41,846 nt of DNA, taken from contig CANQQV010000013.1 of NCBI GenBank assembly GCA_947626095.1, positions 1 through 41,846 of the forward strand. Reading direction: 5' to 3'. The translations under genes and the position numbers were made by a program. The notes under the pieces are model-generated. The model searched no databases, was not told the origin of the DNA, and saw only the letters and a program-made list of their open reading frames with translations. Each line of letters opens with the position of its first letter. Within the stretch, counting starts at the first letter, position 1. Shown one piece after another: positions 29,066 through 38,920 of this stretch. This stretch comes from an uncultured Bacilli bacterium (GTDB taxonomy: Bacteria > Bacillota_I > Bacilli_A > RF39 > UBA660).

Positions 29066-29240
29066 TAATACTCACCTTTCATGCTTGATAAATTATCTTC
29101 TAATAATTTATATTTAATATCCTGTAATTTTATTATAACACGTATTCAGTTAAAAGGAAAAAGACTTTAGGTGTCGATTAATTAATAAATATTAAGATCT
29201 AATTAAGATCTAGAGGTATTGTGAAACCTAAAATTGCCCT

Positions 29241-29271
29241 AAAAAAGAGAGGAAAAGTAATCTTTCCTCTC
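29241..29271 (-). terminator. Intrinsic terminator
   Basis: GAGAGGAAA...TTTCCTCTC stem with adjacent A6 run. Confidence 0.8.
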
Positions 29272-29425
29272 AAAGTGTGAGTTTGAGTTTATATGTTATT
29301 TTAATTGTATAGGGTTTTATATTATATAATTAAATTATTTGTATTTGTTTTTTCATTTAATCTATAACATAATGTGTTTTATCTGATACCACTTCCTTTT
29401 CATATTTCCATAATACTATAGAATT

Positions 29426-29452
29426 ATGAAAATATTGTGAAGTCTAGGTGAA
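29426..29452 (-). promoter_or_regulatory. Triple TTCAY direct repeat, 11-bp period (OmpR-type box)
   Basis: Plus-strand ATGAA/GTGAA/GTGAA at 29426, 29437 and 29448. Confidence 0.6.
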
Positions 29453-29455
29453 ATA

Positions 29456-30859
29456 TTACTTCTTTACACTATTATCTTTAGGAATTCTAAAATAGAAAGT
29501 TGTACCCTTATCAATTATACTATTAACACCATATATAAACTTATGTTGTTCTAAGATGTTTTTAACAATTGATAAGCCTAAGCCGGTACCCATTACATTA
29601 CGTTTATGATTCTTTTCATTTTTATAATACTTATCCCAAATATGATCGATCTTTTCGGGTTCAATACCTTTACCAGAATCGATTATTTCAATTAAGTAAT
29701 CTTTTTTATCAGTGGTTACCTTAACTATTACTTTTTTATCATCACCAGTATAGTTAAGAGCATTATTTATTAAGTTGTAGATAACTTGACTGATTTTTCT
29801 TTTATCAGCGATTACTGGAGCTTTTTTAGGTAATTTAGGTATTATTTCATAACCTTCATTTTCTTTTAGAATATCATATCTTTTTAAAACGTTATTAATC
29901 TCTTCAACTAAATCAAATGATTCGATATTAAGAGTTGAACTATTCTCTTGGAGTTTAGATAAATCTAAGATATCATTAACTAAAATATTTAAACGATCTG
30001 ATTCTTCAATAATTATATTTAAATTTTTCTCGCGTTTTTCTTTATCTTTATAAGTTATATCACGAACCATTTCCGCATAGGCTTTAATCATGGTTAATGG
30101 CGTTTTTAAATCGTGGGAGACATTTGCCATTAAATCACGACGATATTGATCAGTTTTACTAACTTCACTTTCAAGGTAATTTAAAGTATCAGCTAGTTCA
30201 TCGATTTCTTTAATACCATTCTTTTCGAATTTAACATCATAATTACCTTGGGCTAATTCTTTAGATTTATTAGTTATTTCTACAATTGGTTCACTTATTA
30301 CTTTAGCTAAAAATAAACTAATGATAATAGCTAGGACAATAACCATTATAGTGATATAGATAAGTTGATCTTTAATAATACGATAATTTTTATTAACATT
30401 ACTTAACATTGTGAATAAGTAAACATAGCCATCTGAAGTTTCGACACCATATAATAAGGCATAAGATTTGTAATCTTTATTAACAAGTTTGATAGCTTTA
30501 GTTACCTCACCACTATTTTTTAATTCACGTTTATATTCTTCTAAATCGCTTCCTTCACGACCTAATAAGCAACCGGTAGCAGCATCATTATATAGAACTG
30601 TCATCCCTTCGCGATTAGTATGTTCAATACAAACAGCATTATTATATACAACGTTTTTTAAATATCTAGGTAATTCATCTTTATCTTTTTTACTTACTTC
30701 TTTAGCTATTTCATTCATGTCATTTATCTGATATTTTTCATATAAATAGTTAGACATTAATAATTGAGATTCCCAAAGGACTAACAAAATAAAGATGGAA
30801 AATAAAATTAAATAAAATAATGTTTTATGTTTAATACTACTTATTTTCTTGATATTCAA
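29456..30859 (-). CDS. HAMP-domain sensor histidine kinase
   Basis: Two TMs, HAMP, ANVSHDLKTPLT H-box, NLINNA, DSGKGI, GTGLGLSIV, GTTF. Confidence 0.95.
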   Translation of the reverse strand: MNIKKISSIKHKTLFYLILFSIFILLVLWESQLLMSNYLYEKYQINDMNEIAKEVSKKDKDELPRYLKNVVYNNAVCIEHTNREGMTVLYNDAATGCLLGREGSDLEEYKRELKNSGEVTKAIKLVNKDYKSYALLYGVETSDGYVYLFTMLSNVNKNYRIIKDQLIYITIMVIVLAIIISLFLAKVISEPIVEITNKSKELAQGNYDVKFEKNGIKEIDELADTLNYLESEVSKTDQYRRDLMANVSHDLKTPLTMIKAYAEMVRDITYKDKEKREKNLNIIIEESDRLNILVNDILDLSKLQENSSTLNIESFDLVEEINNVLKRYDILKENEGYEIIPKLPKKAPVIADKRKISQVIYNLINNALNYTGDDKKVIVKVTTDKKDYLIEIIDSGKGIEPEKIDHIWDKYYKNEKNHKRNVMGTGLGLSIVKNILEQHKFIYGVNSIIDKGTTFYFRIPKDNSVKK

Positions 30860-31505
30860 ATTTATAACCTACTTCTCTAACTGTTTTTATATAGTCACCA
30901 TATTTACCTAAATTTTTACGTAATGTTTTAACATGAGTATCGATTGTACGATCATCACCATAAAAGTCGTAGCCCCAGACATTGGTTAATAGCTGTTCAC
31001 GAGATAAAGCAACGTTGTTGTTGTTAACAAAGTATTTTAGTAAATCATATTCTTTAGGTGTTAAATTAATTTTTTGATCACTTATTATGACATCATGAGC
31101 TTTATCATCAATTACTAAGTCGCCAAAACGATAGGTTGTTTCTTCATTATTACTTCTTTTTGTAACAGCTTTAATACGAGCAACTAACTCTTTAGGACTA
31201 AATGGTTTAGTAACATAGTCATCAATGCCAATATCAAAGCCGATTAGTTTATCGTATTCTTCACCACGAGCTGATAACATTATAAATGGCACGTCTTTAT
31301 GGGCTTTAATTTCTTTACAAGCTTGATAACCGTCTTTATGAGGCATCATTATATCCATAATAATTAAACTGTAATCTTTAGCTAAAGCTTTTTCTACAGC
31401 TTCATTGCCATCCTTTGCTTCATCTACTTCATATCCTTCTAATAGCAAGTATTCTTTGATGACATCTCTAATTAATTCTTCATCATCAACGATAAGAATT
31501 TTCAT
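30837..31505 (-). CDS. OmpR/PhoB-family response regulator
   Basis: ILIVDDE, MDIMMP, DDYVTKPFSP, LTPKEYDLL, RTIDTHVKTLR, TVREVGY. ATG 31505 follows GAGGTGA. Confidence 0.95.
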   Translation of the reverse strand: MKILIVDDEELIRDVIKEYLLLEGYEVDEAKDGNEAVEKALAKDYSLIIMDIMMPHKDGYQACKEIKAHKDVPFIMLSARGEEYDKLIGFDIGIDDYVTKPFSPKELVARIKAVTKRSNNEETTYRFGDLVIDDKAHDVIISDQKINLTPKEYDLLKYFVNNNNVALSREQLLTNVWGYDFYGDDRTIDTHVKTLRKNLGKYGDYIKTVREVGYKFEYQENK

Positions 31506-31528
31506 AATTATCACCTCGATATCTATAT

Positions 31529-31558
31529 ATTATAATACTTTTGTGAAATTTAAATGAA
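31529..31558 (-). promoter_or_regulatory. TCS promoter: TTCAT-N6-TTCAC box plus TATAAT
   Basis: Plus-strand GTGAA at 31543 and ATGAA at 31554; -10 at 31529-31534. Confidence 0.6.
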
Positions 31559-31603
31559 AAAAACGAATACAATTTAGTATTCGCTTAAATATTTAAAGTT
31601 TAT

Positions 31604-32128
31604 TTATTTACATATATCCACATTATTCAATGATTTATCTCCTATTATAATATCATTGTTAATTACATCATTTATTCCTGAACCTATTCTTCGACAATCT
31701 ACAATATTAAAATCATCGAAGTATATAATTTTACTTCCACCTTCGTATGCTTTATCATCTGATATTTTCTTATCATATAAATTTTCTAATGTGATTTTTT
31801 GTGAATCTAGTGCTTCCTTAAGTGTTATGCAATCTTTATTTGAGCATATGTATAATTCAATACCCTCTTTATAATAATAAATATTTCTTTCATTATATGT
31901 TGTAATTTTTTGCATATCGGAATTATCCTGAACATTTGATATAAATTTTAATGTAAAATTATCTGTTTTATTAATATTTTGTTTTTCGTTTGGCGAATTA
32001 TTATCTTGATTTGTATTATGCAAATTTTCTTTATTACTAATATGATAAACAATTAATATTCCTGTGAATAATATTAATAAGGCAGCTAAAACGAGGACTA
32101 TTTTTCTAAATTTTTTTGCTTTTTTCAT
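31604..32128 (-). CDS. Membrane-anchored extracellular hypothetical protein
   Basis: Basic N-terminus, TM, Asn-rich linker, 4 Cys; AAGGAGGTG RBS. Confidence 0.7.
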   Translation of the reverse strand: MKKAKKFRKIVLVLAALLILFTGILIVYHISNKENLHNTNQDNNSPNEKQNINKTDNFTLKFISNVQDNSDMQKITTYNERNIYYYKEGIELYICSNKDCITLKEALDSQKITLENLYDKKISDDKAYEGGSKIIYFDDFNIVDCRRIGSGINDVINNDIIIGDKSLNNVDICK

Positions 32129-32215
32129 ATATTCACCTCCTTTAAAATTGATTTTAGAATGATTTACTCAAATTAAAAATAGCTATTTGGGCTCTTTTTG
32201 AGCTTTTTTAGCTAT

Positions 32216-32926
32216 TTATATAGAAAGATTAATTGAAAATTCATGCTTATCACCGTCTGTGTAAATACGTAAATATATATTATTTAAGTTGATACCATTC
32301 TCATCCAAACATAAGGAAGCATTTTGTAACAATTCATCTAGACTTTTCTCTGTTTCATTTTCATAACCTATTTTAGTAGTTACTTTTCCGTCAGATATTA
32401 ATTCTAAAGTAATTTTTTTGGCAAATATGTCTTTGTCTGTGCCAGCATATAATCCTCTGTAACTTATATTGTTAATAATTAATATTTGTCTATTATGATT
32501 TTCAATAAAATATCCTCTTACTTGAATATCGTCACCCGACTTATTTATATTATATACATTATAAGAATTATATTTGATTATAAAAATAGCAAAAATAGAA
32601 ACTAGTACAAATACTATAATGGCAAGTAAAAATGTTTTAAGAAGCTTTTTTTTATTTTTTTTATTATAATATTCAATAAAATCAATTTCGTTATAATCAT
32701 GTTTTTTGTCTTTATCGGTTAAATCTCCATTTATAAATTGAGTTATTGTTATCCCCAATTCAGTGCATAGTGGTTGTATTAATGAAATGTCTGGGGAGTT
32801 TATGCCTCTTTCCCATTTTGATACTGTTGTTCTGTCAACACCTAATTTTTCAGCTAATTGCTCTTGTGTTAATTCTTTTTCTTTTCTTATTCTTGCTATA
32901 AATTTTCCTATTTTTTCTTGATCCAT
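32216..32926 (-). CDS. Membrane-anchored XRE-family regulator
   Basis: MDQEKIGKFIARIRKEKELTQEQLAEKLGV..VSKWERG..PD plus a TM. Confidence 0.88.
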   Translation of the reverse strand: MDQEKIGKFIARIRKEKELTQEQLAEKLGVDRTTVSKWERGINSPDISLIQPLCTELGITITQFINGDLTDKDKKHDYNEIDFIEYYNKKNKKKLLKTFLLAIIVFVLVSIFAIFIIKYNSYNVYNINKSGDDIQVRGYFIENHNRQILIINNISYRGLYAGTDKDIFAKKITLELISDGKVTTKIGYENETEKSLDELLQNASLCLDENGINLNNIYLRIYTDGDKHEFSINLSI

Positions 32927-32999
32927 ATCAACACATCCATATAACTTTTTTATATAATATCATAAATAATTAAAAAAAAGAATGTACTTATTACATTCC

Positions 33000-33512
33000 T
33001 TATGAATTTAAATATTCATCTATTGCATCGATTGTATCAAAGACAGCTCCTCTCACTTTAGTAACTGTTTTAGATACTTCTTTTAGTCTAGCTAATGATT
33101 GTTCTTTAGGTATATATTCTAGATGAAAGCCATGTGATTGCTCATCCTTAGTTAAATTAAGATTATTTGGATTAGGAATTAATTCATCACTTTTTAAATA
33201 ATAAAAGTTGGTAATATATAAGGTATTTTCATTAGTAGTTGGGTAATCTTTAGTAAGATACTTAATACACAAGAAGGGATTTGATACCTCTGGATTAAAA
33301 TTAATTCCAGCTTCTTCTTTAATTTCTCTAATTAAAGTATTATTATCTAACTCATTACCTTCAACATGACCACCAATTAAGAACATATTATTATCTTCGA
33401 CAACAAATAGTAATTCTTGTTTAGAATTTTCAACAATTAATTTAGCGCGTTTAACTATATTGTGACAATCTTTTTCTGTAAGATTATCGTTGTTATGAAT
33501 TATTTCTTTCAT
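33000..33512 (-). CDS. NUDIX hydrolase
   Basis: GGHVEGNELDNNTLIREIKEEAG Nudix box. Confidence 0.85.
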   Translation of the reverse strand: MKEIIHNNDNLTEKDCHNIVKRAKLIVENSKQELLFVVEDNNMFLIGGHVEGNELDNNTLIREIKEEAGINFNPEVSNPFLCIKYLTKDYPTTNENTLYITNFYYLKSDELIPNPNNLNLTKDEQSHGFHLEYIPKEQSLARLKEVSKTVTKVRGAVFDTIDAIDEYLNS

Positions 33513-34228
33513 TATAAATTAACGTTATGATAGATATCGGTGACATCTTCAATTTCATCTAACATATTATATAGTTTATTAAAGACTTCTAAATCTTCAC
33601 CTTCTAAAGTAACTGTATCTTTAGCATACCAACCAGATTCATCTAGTTCATAGTCAACATCTGGTATGACACTTTCAATAACTTCTTTAGCTTTATATGT
33701 ATCAGGATATTTAACAGAAACATTTAAATAACCATCTTCGGATTCGAATTCAACTGGTTCAATTTCAGCATCTAACAAAGCCATTAGAACGTCTTCTTCT
33801 TTATCACTTTTAAAACTCATAACAGTTAAATTATCATAGTTATAAGATACAGAGTTATTAACACCTAAACTTTTATTCATCTTATTAAAAGCTGCTCTTA
33901 CTTCACCGACTGTACGATTAACATTATCAGTTAGAGTTTTAATCATAAATGTTGAGGCACCTGGACCAAATCCTTCATAAATTATTTCTTGATATTCATC
34001 TTTACCAGCGCCTTTAGCTTTATCTAAAGCACGATTAATAATATCAGCTGGTACTTGCATTTTTTTAGCTTTTTCAACAACATGCTTTAAAGCACTATTA
34101 GCTTCTATTTCAGGAACTCCTCTTTTGGCTGCTAAATAAATTTCTTTAGCAAAGTTAGTATATAACTTACCTTTGGCAGCTCCTGTCTTTTTTATTTTAG
34201 CTTCTCTTACGGCATAAGCTCTTCCCAT
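33512..34228 (-). CDS. yebC: YebC/PmpR family protein
   Basis: MGRA..., YEGFGPG, TDNVNRT, DVTDIYHN. ATG 34228. Confidence 0.93.
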   Translation of the reverse strand: MGRAYAVREAKIKKTGAAKGKLYTNFAKEIYLAAKRGVPEIEANSALKHVVEKAKKMQVPADIINRALDKAKGAGKDEYQEIIYEGFGPGASTFMIKTLTDNVNRTVGEVRAAFNKMNKSLGVNNSVSYNYDNLTVMSFKSDKEEDVLMALLDAEIEPVEFESEDGYLNVSVKYPDTYKAKEVIESVIPDVDYELDESGWYAKDTVTLEGEDLEVFNKLYNMLDEIEDVTDIYHNVNL

Positions 34229-34280
34229 ATTCACACCTCTTTTAAGTCTTTCTTATTATACACAATTAAATCTTATATTG

Positions 34281-35333
34281 CTATATAAATCTTAATTCTT
34301 TAAGATATTTATATACAAAGTGTTTCTTATTAATCTTTTTAATTCTTTTTATTAATTTATATGGACTATAGACATCGTAGTAACTAATATTTTCTTTCTT
34401 TAAAACATATTCTAAAGCTTTAATCACTGTATCACGATTATTCTCTGTTCTAAAGAATTTCTGAACACGTTTTTTTAAACGTTTATCAACTTTACGAGTT
34501 AATAATTTATAGTACCAGTCAGGTTTTCTTTTAAAGCAATAAAGGTATCCATCTAGTTTTTTTATGGCTCTTAAGGTATCATAATACCCCATCATTATAT
34601 TATCTTTAATTACTTCACGATTGAGTTCTAAGACAGAACCATTGTCTCTACTTGGAGTTATAATGGTTGTTTTAATATCAGTATGTAGTGTTCGATTAAT
34701 ACCGATACCTTTAATATTTATAACATATACTTCGTCATAACCTTTATCTTTAAGTAATTTAACGGGACTATTGTCATAAAAACCACCATCTAAATAGTAA
34801 TGATTATCGATAATTCTTTTTTCTCTAAAGACTGGTAAATAACAACTAGCCATTAAGTATTCAATTAATTTATCTTGATTAGGAATATCTTCTTTATATA
34901 CATATAAGGGTTCTATTCCTTCGTGAGATATTTTAACTGTTACTAAACCAAAATCTTTATTACTATGAATTAAGTTATCATAATTAGCTACTTTTTGGAT
35001 GGTAGAAAGGAGTTTTGTATTATCTAAGCCAAAGTTCTTAACAATACTAGTTAGACTTGTAAATGCGCCTTTTAAGCCCTCTATATCTAGTTCTTTGTCA
35101 TTAAATAATTCAACAAAGCGTGGATCCATTCCTAATAAAGTACCAGGATCTACTTTATACCAAAATTCTAGTAATTCTCTTTCCATATTACTAGCTAACA
35201 TAACAGCATTAAAAGAACCAATAGATGTTCCTACAAAGCCATCAAATTTAATACCACAATCGCGGAAGGCATAATAAGCTCCTATTTGATAAGAACCTTT
35301 AACGCCACCACCTTCTAAAACCAAACCTCTCAT
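34281..35333 (-). CDS. Patatin-like phospholipase
   Basis: LEGGGVKGSYQIG, GTSIG, ASCYLP, DGG. ATG 35333. Confidence 0.92.
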   Translation of the reverse strand: MRGLVLEGGGVKGSYQIGAYYAFRDCGIKFDGFVGTSIGSFNAVMLASNMERELLEFWYKVDPGTLLGMDPRFVELFNDKELDIEGLKGAFTSLTSIVKNFGLDNTKLLSTIQKVANYDNLIHSNKDFGLVTVKISHEGIEPLYVYKEDIPNQDKLIEYLMASCYLPVFREKRIIDNHYYLDGGFYDNSPVKLLKDKGYDEVYVINIKGIGINRTLHTDIKTTIITPSRDNGSVLELNREVIKDNIMMGYYDTLRAIKKLDGYLYCFKRKPDWYYKLLTRKVDKRLKKRVQKFFRTENNRDTVIKALEYVLKKENISYYDVYSPYKLIKRIKKINKKHFVYKYLKELRFI

Positions 35334-35340
35334 ATTAAAC

Positions 35341-36285
35341 CTACTTATTCTTTCTATAATACATAGCAATAAATGGTAAAGCTAATATACGAGGAATTAA
35401 CCTTGGAAGACGATATTTAGTTAAAGTATCATAGTAAACATCTAAATTTTTACTTCTAAAATGTAAGATTTCTTCAAGTTTATCGCCATCAGGGTAATAA
35501 CCACCACGATAGTTTTTCTCAGCTAATAACCAAGTAGATAAATATCTAATTGATAAACCATAGTTTTTAAAGATAGTTATTAAATAGTTACGATAGGTTG
35601 TACGGAATTTTTCCCCACCAGAAACATTAAAGGTCTTTTTATTAAGTTCTTTTAGGAAATCAATAGCACATACAAAAGCATAACCAGCATCTTCTGATGA
35701 TAAAACTTCTAATTTATTATTTAATGGAACGTTGTATATTAATGACTCACGAGCCGGATTACCTAAGATATATGCTAAACGAAAGATAGAATAATGTTTT
35801 AAATTATCTTTAATATATTTTTCACTTTCTAGTTTATATTTAGAATAAAAGTCATAGTCATCAATATTATTTTTAGATTTAAGAGTTATGTTTTCATAAT
35901 CTTCTTGAATACCATAAACTGAGGTACTAGAAGCATATAGTAAGAAACAATCAGGATTGTAGTCTTTAATTGAATCAACGATTGTTTTAGTTCCTTCATA
36001 GTCAACAGCACGACATAAATCTTCACGAACGTTAGCTAATGATGGAAGAACACCAGCCAAGTGAATAACAATATCATGGTCTTTAACTAAAGCATCAACG
36101 ATTGTATCGTCATTAACATCACCGAAGACAATATTTATTCTTTTACGAAAAGGTTTTAATCTTTTATAAACATGTTTATTTTTTAATTCTAAGGCTGTTA
36201 CTTCGTATTTACCTTCACTTAGTAAGAATCTAATTACTTGAAGGCCGACGGTACCACCAGCACCAGTAACTAATACTTTTTTCAT
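35341..36285 (-). CDS. NAD-dependent epimerase/dehydratase (extended SDR)
   Basis: TGAGGTVG, IHLAG, SSTSVYG, YSKYK. Confidence 0.88.
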   Translation of the reverse strand: MKKVLVTGAGGTVGLQVIRFLLSEGKYEVTALELKNKHVYKRLKPFRKRINIVFGDVNDDTIVDALVKDHDIVIHLAGVLPSLANVREDLCRAVDYEGTKTIVDSIKDYNPDCFLLYASSTSVYGIQEDYENITLKSKNNIDDYDFYSKYKLESEKYIKDNLKHYSIFRLAYILGNPARESLIYNVPLNNKLEVLSSEDAGYAFVCAIDFLKELNKKTFNVSGGEKFRTTYRNYLITIFKNYGLSIRYLSTWLLAEKNYRGGYYPDGDKLEEILHFRSKNLDVYYDTLTKYRLPRLIPRILALPFIAMYYRKNK

Positions 36286-36350
36286 TTATATACACCTCTT
36301 GTTATGCTATTTATATATTATATAATATCATATTTCTTATTTTGATAAAA

Positions 36351-37355
36351 CTAATAAAGTTCATCACTACTTGTGGCATTTAAAGTAAGATCAGCAAACT
36401 CGCCTTTTAAGTATAAAGGATAAGCAGCTGCCCCAATCATGGCCGCATTATCTGTACAATAAAGCATTCTTGGAACACTTAAGGTTACTTCGTATTTATC
36501 AGCCAGCTTTTGAATTTCACCACGTAAGAATTTATTAGCCGAAACACCACCAGCAATAATCATATTTTTAACGTTATATTTTTGAATAGCTAACTCACTT
36601 TTACGAACTAGTTCATCAACAGCAGTATCTTGAAAACTTCGAGCTAAATCAGCTTTTCTTATTTCGTTGCCTCTTTGTCGTTCATTATGAACTAAATTGA
36701 TAATACTACTTTTTAAGCCACTAAAACTCATATTAAAGGAATCATCATTCATAGGAATTGGTAAATCGTATGTATGATTACCTTCTAAAGCCATTTTCTC
36801 AACGTTAGGTCCGCCTGGGTATTTTAAGTCTAAAACACGTGCGACTTTATCATAACATTCTCCAATTGCATCATCTAAAGTACCACCAATATGTTCAAAT
36901 TCGTAATCGCCTTTCATTAAGATTAAGTCAGTATGACCACCACTAACAACTAAAGCTAGTAAAGGGTATTCCATCTTTCTTTCTAGGTTGTTAGCATAGA
37001 TATGACCAGCGATATGATTAACAGCGATTAATGGCTTTTTGTAGATTAAAGATAAGGTTTTAGCAAATTCAACACCTACTAAAAGACTACCAAGTAAACC
37101 CGGTGAATAAGTTACAGCAATAGCATCAATATCATTCATGCTCATCTTAGATTTAGTTAAAGTTTCTTCTAGAACCATTGTAATATTTTCCGTATGCATA
37201 CGTGAAGCTATTTCAGGAACAACACCACCAAATTCAGCATGAGTATCCATTTGCGTTAAAACCGTTAGTTCAACGCATTCAGTTCCATTTTTAATAATGG
37301 CAATACTCGTTTCATCGCATGATGTTTCGATTGCTAGGATATTAACATCTTTCAT
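36351..37355 (-). CDS. tsaD: t6A synthase TsaD
   Basis: AIETSCDET, GGVVPEIASRMH, VNHIAGH, VSGGHT, DDAIGE..DK, SFSGLKS, CTDNAAMI. Confidence 0.97.
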   Translation of the reverse strand: MKDVNILAIETSCDETSIAIIKNGTECVELTVLTQMDTHAEFGGVVPEIASRMHTENITMVLEETLTKSKMSMNDIDAIAVTYSPGLLGSLLVGVEFAKTLSLIYKKPLIAVNHIAGHIYANNLERKMEYPLLALVVSGGHTDLILMKGDYEFEHIGGTLDDAIGECYDKVARVLDLKYPGGPNVEKMALEGNHTYDLPIPMNDDSFNMSFSGLKSSIINLVHNERQRGNEIRKADLARSFQDTAVDELVRKSELAIQKYNVKNMIIAGGVSANKFLRGEIQKLADKYEVTLSVPRMLYCTDNAAMIGAAAYPLYLKGEFADLTLNATSSDELY

Positions 37356-37356
37356 T

Positions 37357-37776
37357 TTATACATCTCTTTCCATTATTATTGCTGTATCAGAACCATAAT
37401 ATTTAGGACGGCGATTTATCTCTTTAAAGCCATTTTTCTTATATAGACTAATTGCTACTTTATTCTTTTCGTTTACTTCTAACATAAGCTTTTCTACATC
37501 GTTAAAATTATTTAAAACGTATTTAATAAGTTGGGTAGCAATGCCTTGATGACGATATTTTTCATCTACAACAATATTGACGATATCAATTGTTTCATAC
37601 ATTTTATTTATATGTATAAACCCAACTAATAATTCATTTTCATAGTAACCAAATAAACTATCATAAGAGGAATTAATTAATTCTTCTATTTGAAATAATT
37701 TAGCAAAGTTTTTATTGACTATTAAACCTAATTCATTAAAACGTTCTTTATCTTTTATTTCAATTTTATTTATCAT
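37357..37776 (-). CDS. rimI: RimI-like GNAT acetyltransferase
   Basis: NIVVDEKYRHQGIA, LEVNEKNKVAISLYKKNGF..RPKYY; lies between tsaB and tsaD. Confidence 0.85.
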   Translation of the reverse strand: MINKIEIKDKERFNELGLIVNKNFAKLFQIEELINSSYDSLFGYYENELLVGFIHINKMYETIDIVNIVVDEKYRHQGIATQLIKYVLNNFNDVEKLMLEVNEKNKVAISLYKKNGFKEINRRPKYYGSDTAIIMERDV

Positions 37777-38338
37777 TTAGAGCGCTGATTCCTTTCACAT
37801 ATAAAGGTTTTACTTCATGGGGATTTAAAGTGTTTAAAGTCATAGCATAGGTATACACTTTTTCATAGTCAATCTCGATATCGGTTACAACATTATGAGT
37901 TTGTTTATATTCTAAATAAGTAGATTTATTTAAATATTTTATTTCTTCAATTAAGTTATTGTCTTGGTCAAAAGTTGCAACAAAGGCCCCATTACGATCT
38001 TCTAGAGCAACACATTTATTTTTATCATTGATGTTTAAACTTAAGATAAGTAAAGAATTGATTGAACGAATAGGAATATTTAAACAATAAGCAATGGTTT
38101 TAGCAATTGTGACAGCAATACGTTCGCCAGTAAAAGATCCTGGTCCATTGACAACAATAATTGAATTAAGTTCATTTATATCAAGATTAGCTGCTTTTAA
38201 AGTATTATCTAAAGTAGGCATTGTAATTTCACTATGCTTGTTTTTAGATTCAAGAATATTTTGCGCAATTACATGACCATCTTTAAAAATAATAATTGTT
38301 ACTTTAGCATCATGAGTATCAAGAAATAATGTGTACAT
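37766..38338 (-). CDS. tsaB: t6A biosynthesis protein TsaB
   Basis: LFLDT, HSE, VVNGPGSFTGERI, PLY. True start ATG 38338 follows GAGGTGG. Confidence 0.93.
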   Translation of the reverse strand: MYTLFLDTHDAKVTIIIFKDGHVIAQNILESKNKHSEITMPTLDNTLKAANLDINELNSIIVVNGPGSFTGERIAVTIAKTIAYCLNIPIRSINSLLILSLNINDKNKCVALEDRNGAFVATFDQDNNLIEEIKYLNKSTYLEYKQTHNVVTDIEIDYEKVYTYAMTLNTLNPHEVKPLYVKGISALNDK

Positions 38339-38399
38339 AAGGACCACCTCTCGTGCCTTATTATACCATATTAAGGCAAAAGAAAAAACTCTTTCGAGT

Positions 38400-38852
38400 T
38401 TATAAAACAGCTTCACATAAGTCTTCGTATTTTTCACCATGTGGAGTAAATACTAAGACTCTTGTTTCATCATCTATTATTTTAATTTTAATGTCTAATC
38501 TTTCTTCTGGCAATTGATCTTCAATCATTTCAGGCCATTCAATTATACAAACGCCATCCTGATTTAAATAATCATCTAGACCAAATTCTTCATTAGAATC
38601 GTCTAATCTATATACATCCATATGGAATAATGGCATTTCGCCATCTAAGTATTCTTTAACTAAACTAAATGTTGGACTGGTAATTGTATCAGTTATACCT
38701 AAAGCTTTAGCAAAACCCTTAGCAAAAACCGTTTTTCCACTACCAAGTTCACCATCTAGACATATAACCATTCCAGGGAATTTTTCACTTTCTATATTTT
38801 CGGCAATTTCCATGGTATCTTGTTCATTTTTTGAAGTATATTTGTAGTTCAT
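38400..38852 (-). CDS. tsaE: t6A biosynthesis ATPase TsaE
   Basis: GELGSGKT, TSPTF, HMDVYRL, IIEWP. ATG 38852. Confidence 0.96.
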   Translation of the reverse strand: MNYKYTSKNEQDTMEIAENIESEKFPGMVICLDGELGSGKTVFAKGFAKALGITDTITSPTFSLVKEYLDGEMPLFHMDVYRLDDSNEEFGLDDYLNQDGVCIIEWPEMIEDQLPEERLDIKIKIIDDETRVLVFTPHGEKYEDLCEAVL

Positions 38853-38920
38853 TCTTATCACCTAAATAGATTATAACAATAGTGAAAAGTATATTTCAAT
38901 ATCTATATGAAAAATTTACA

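Noticed and set aside
38339-38440. N-terminal extension of TsaB in the ORF track
   Set aside because: It overlaps tsaE, a terminator and a promoter; the RBS supports ATG 38338.
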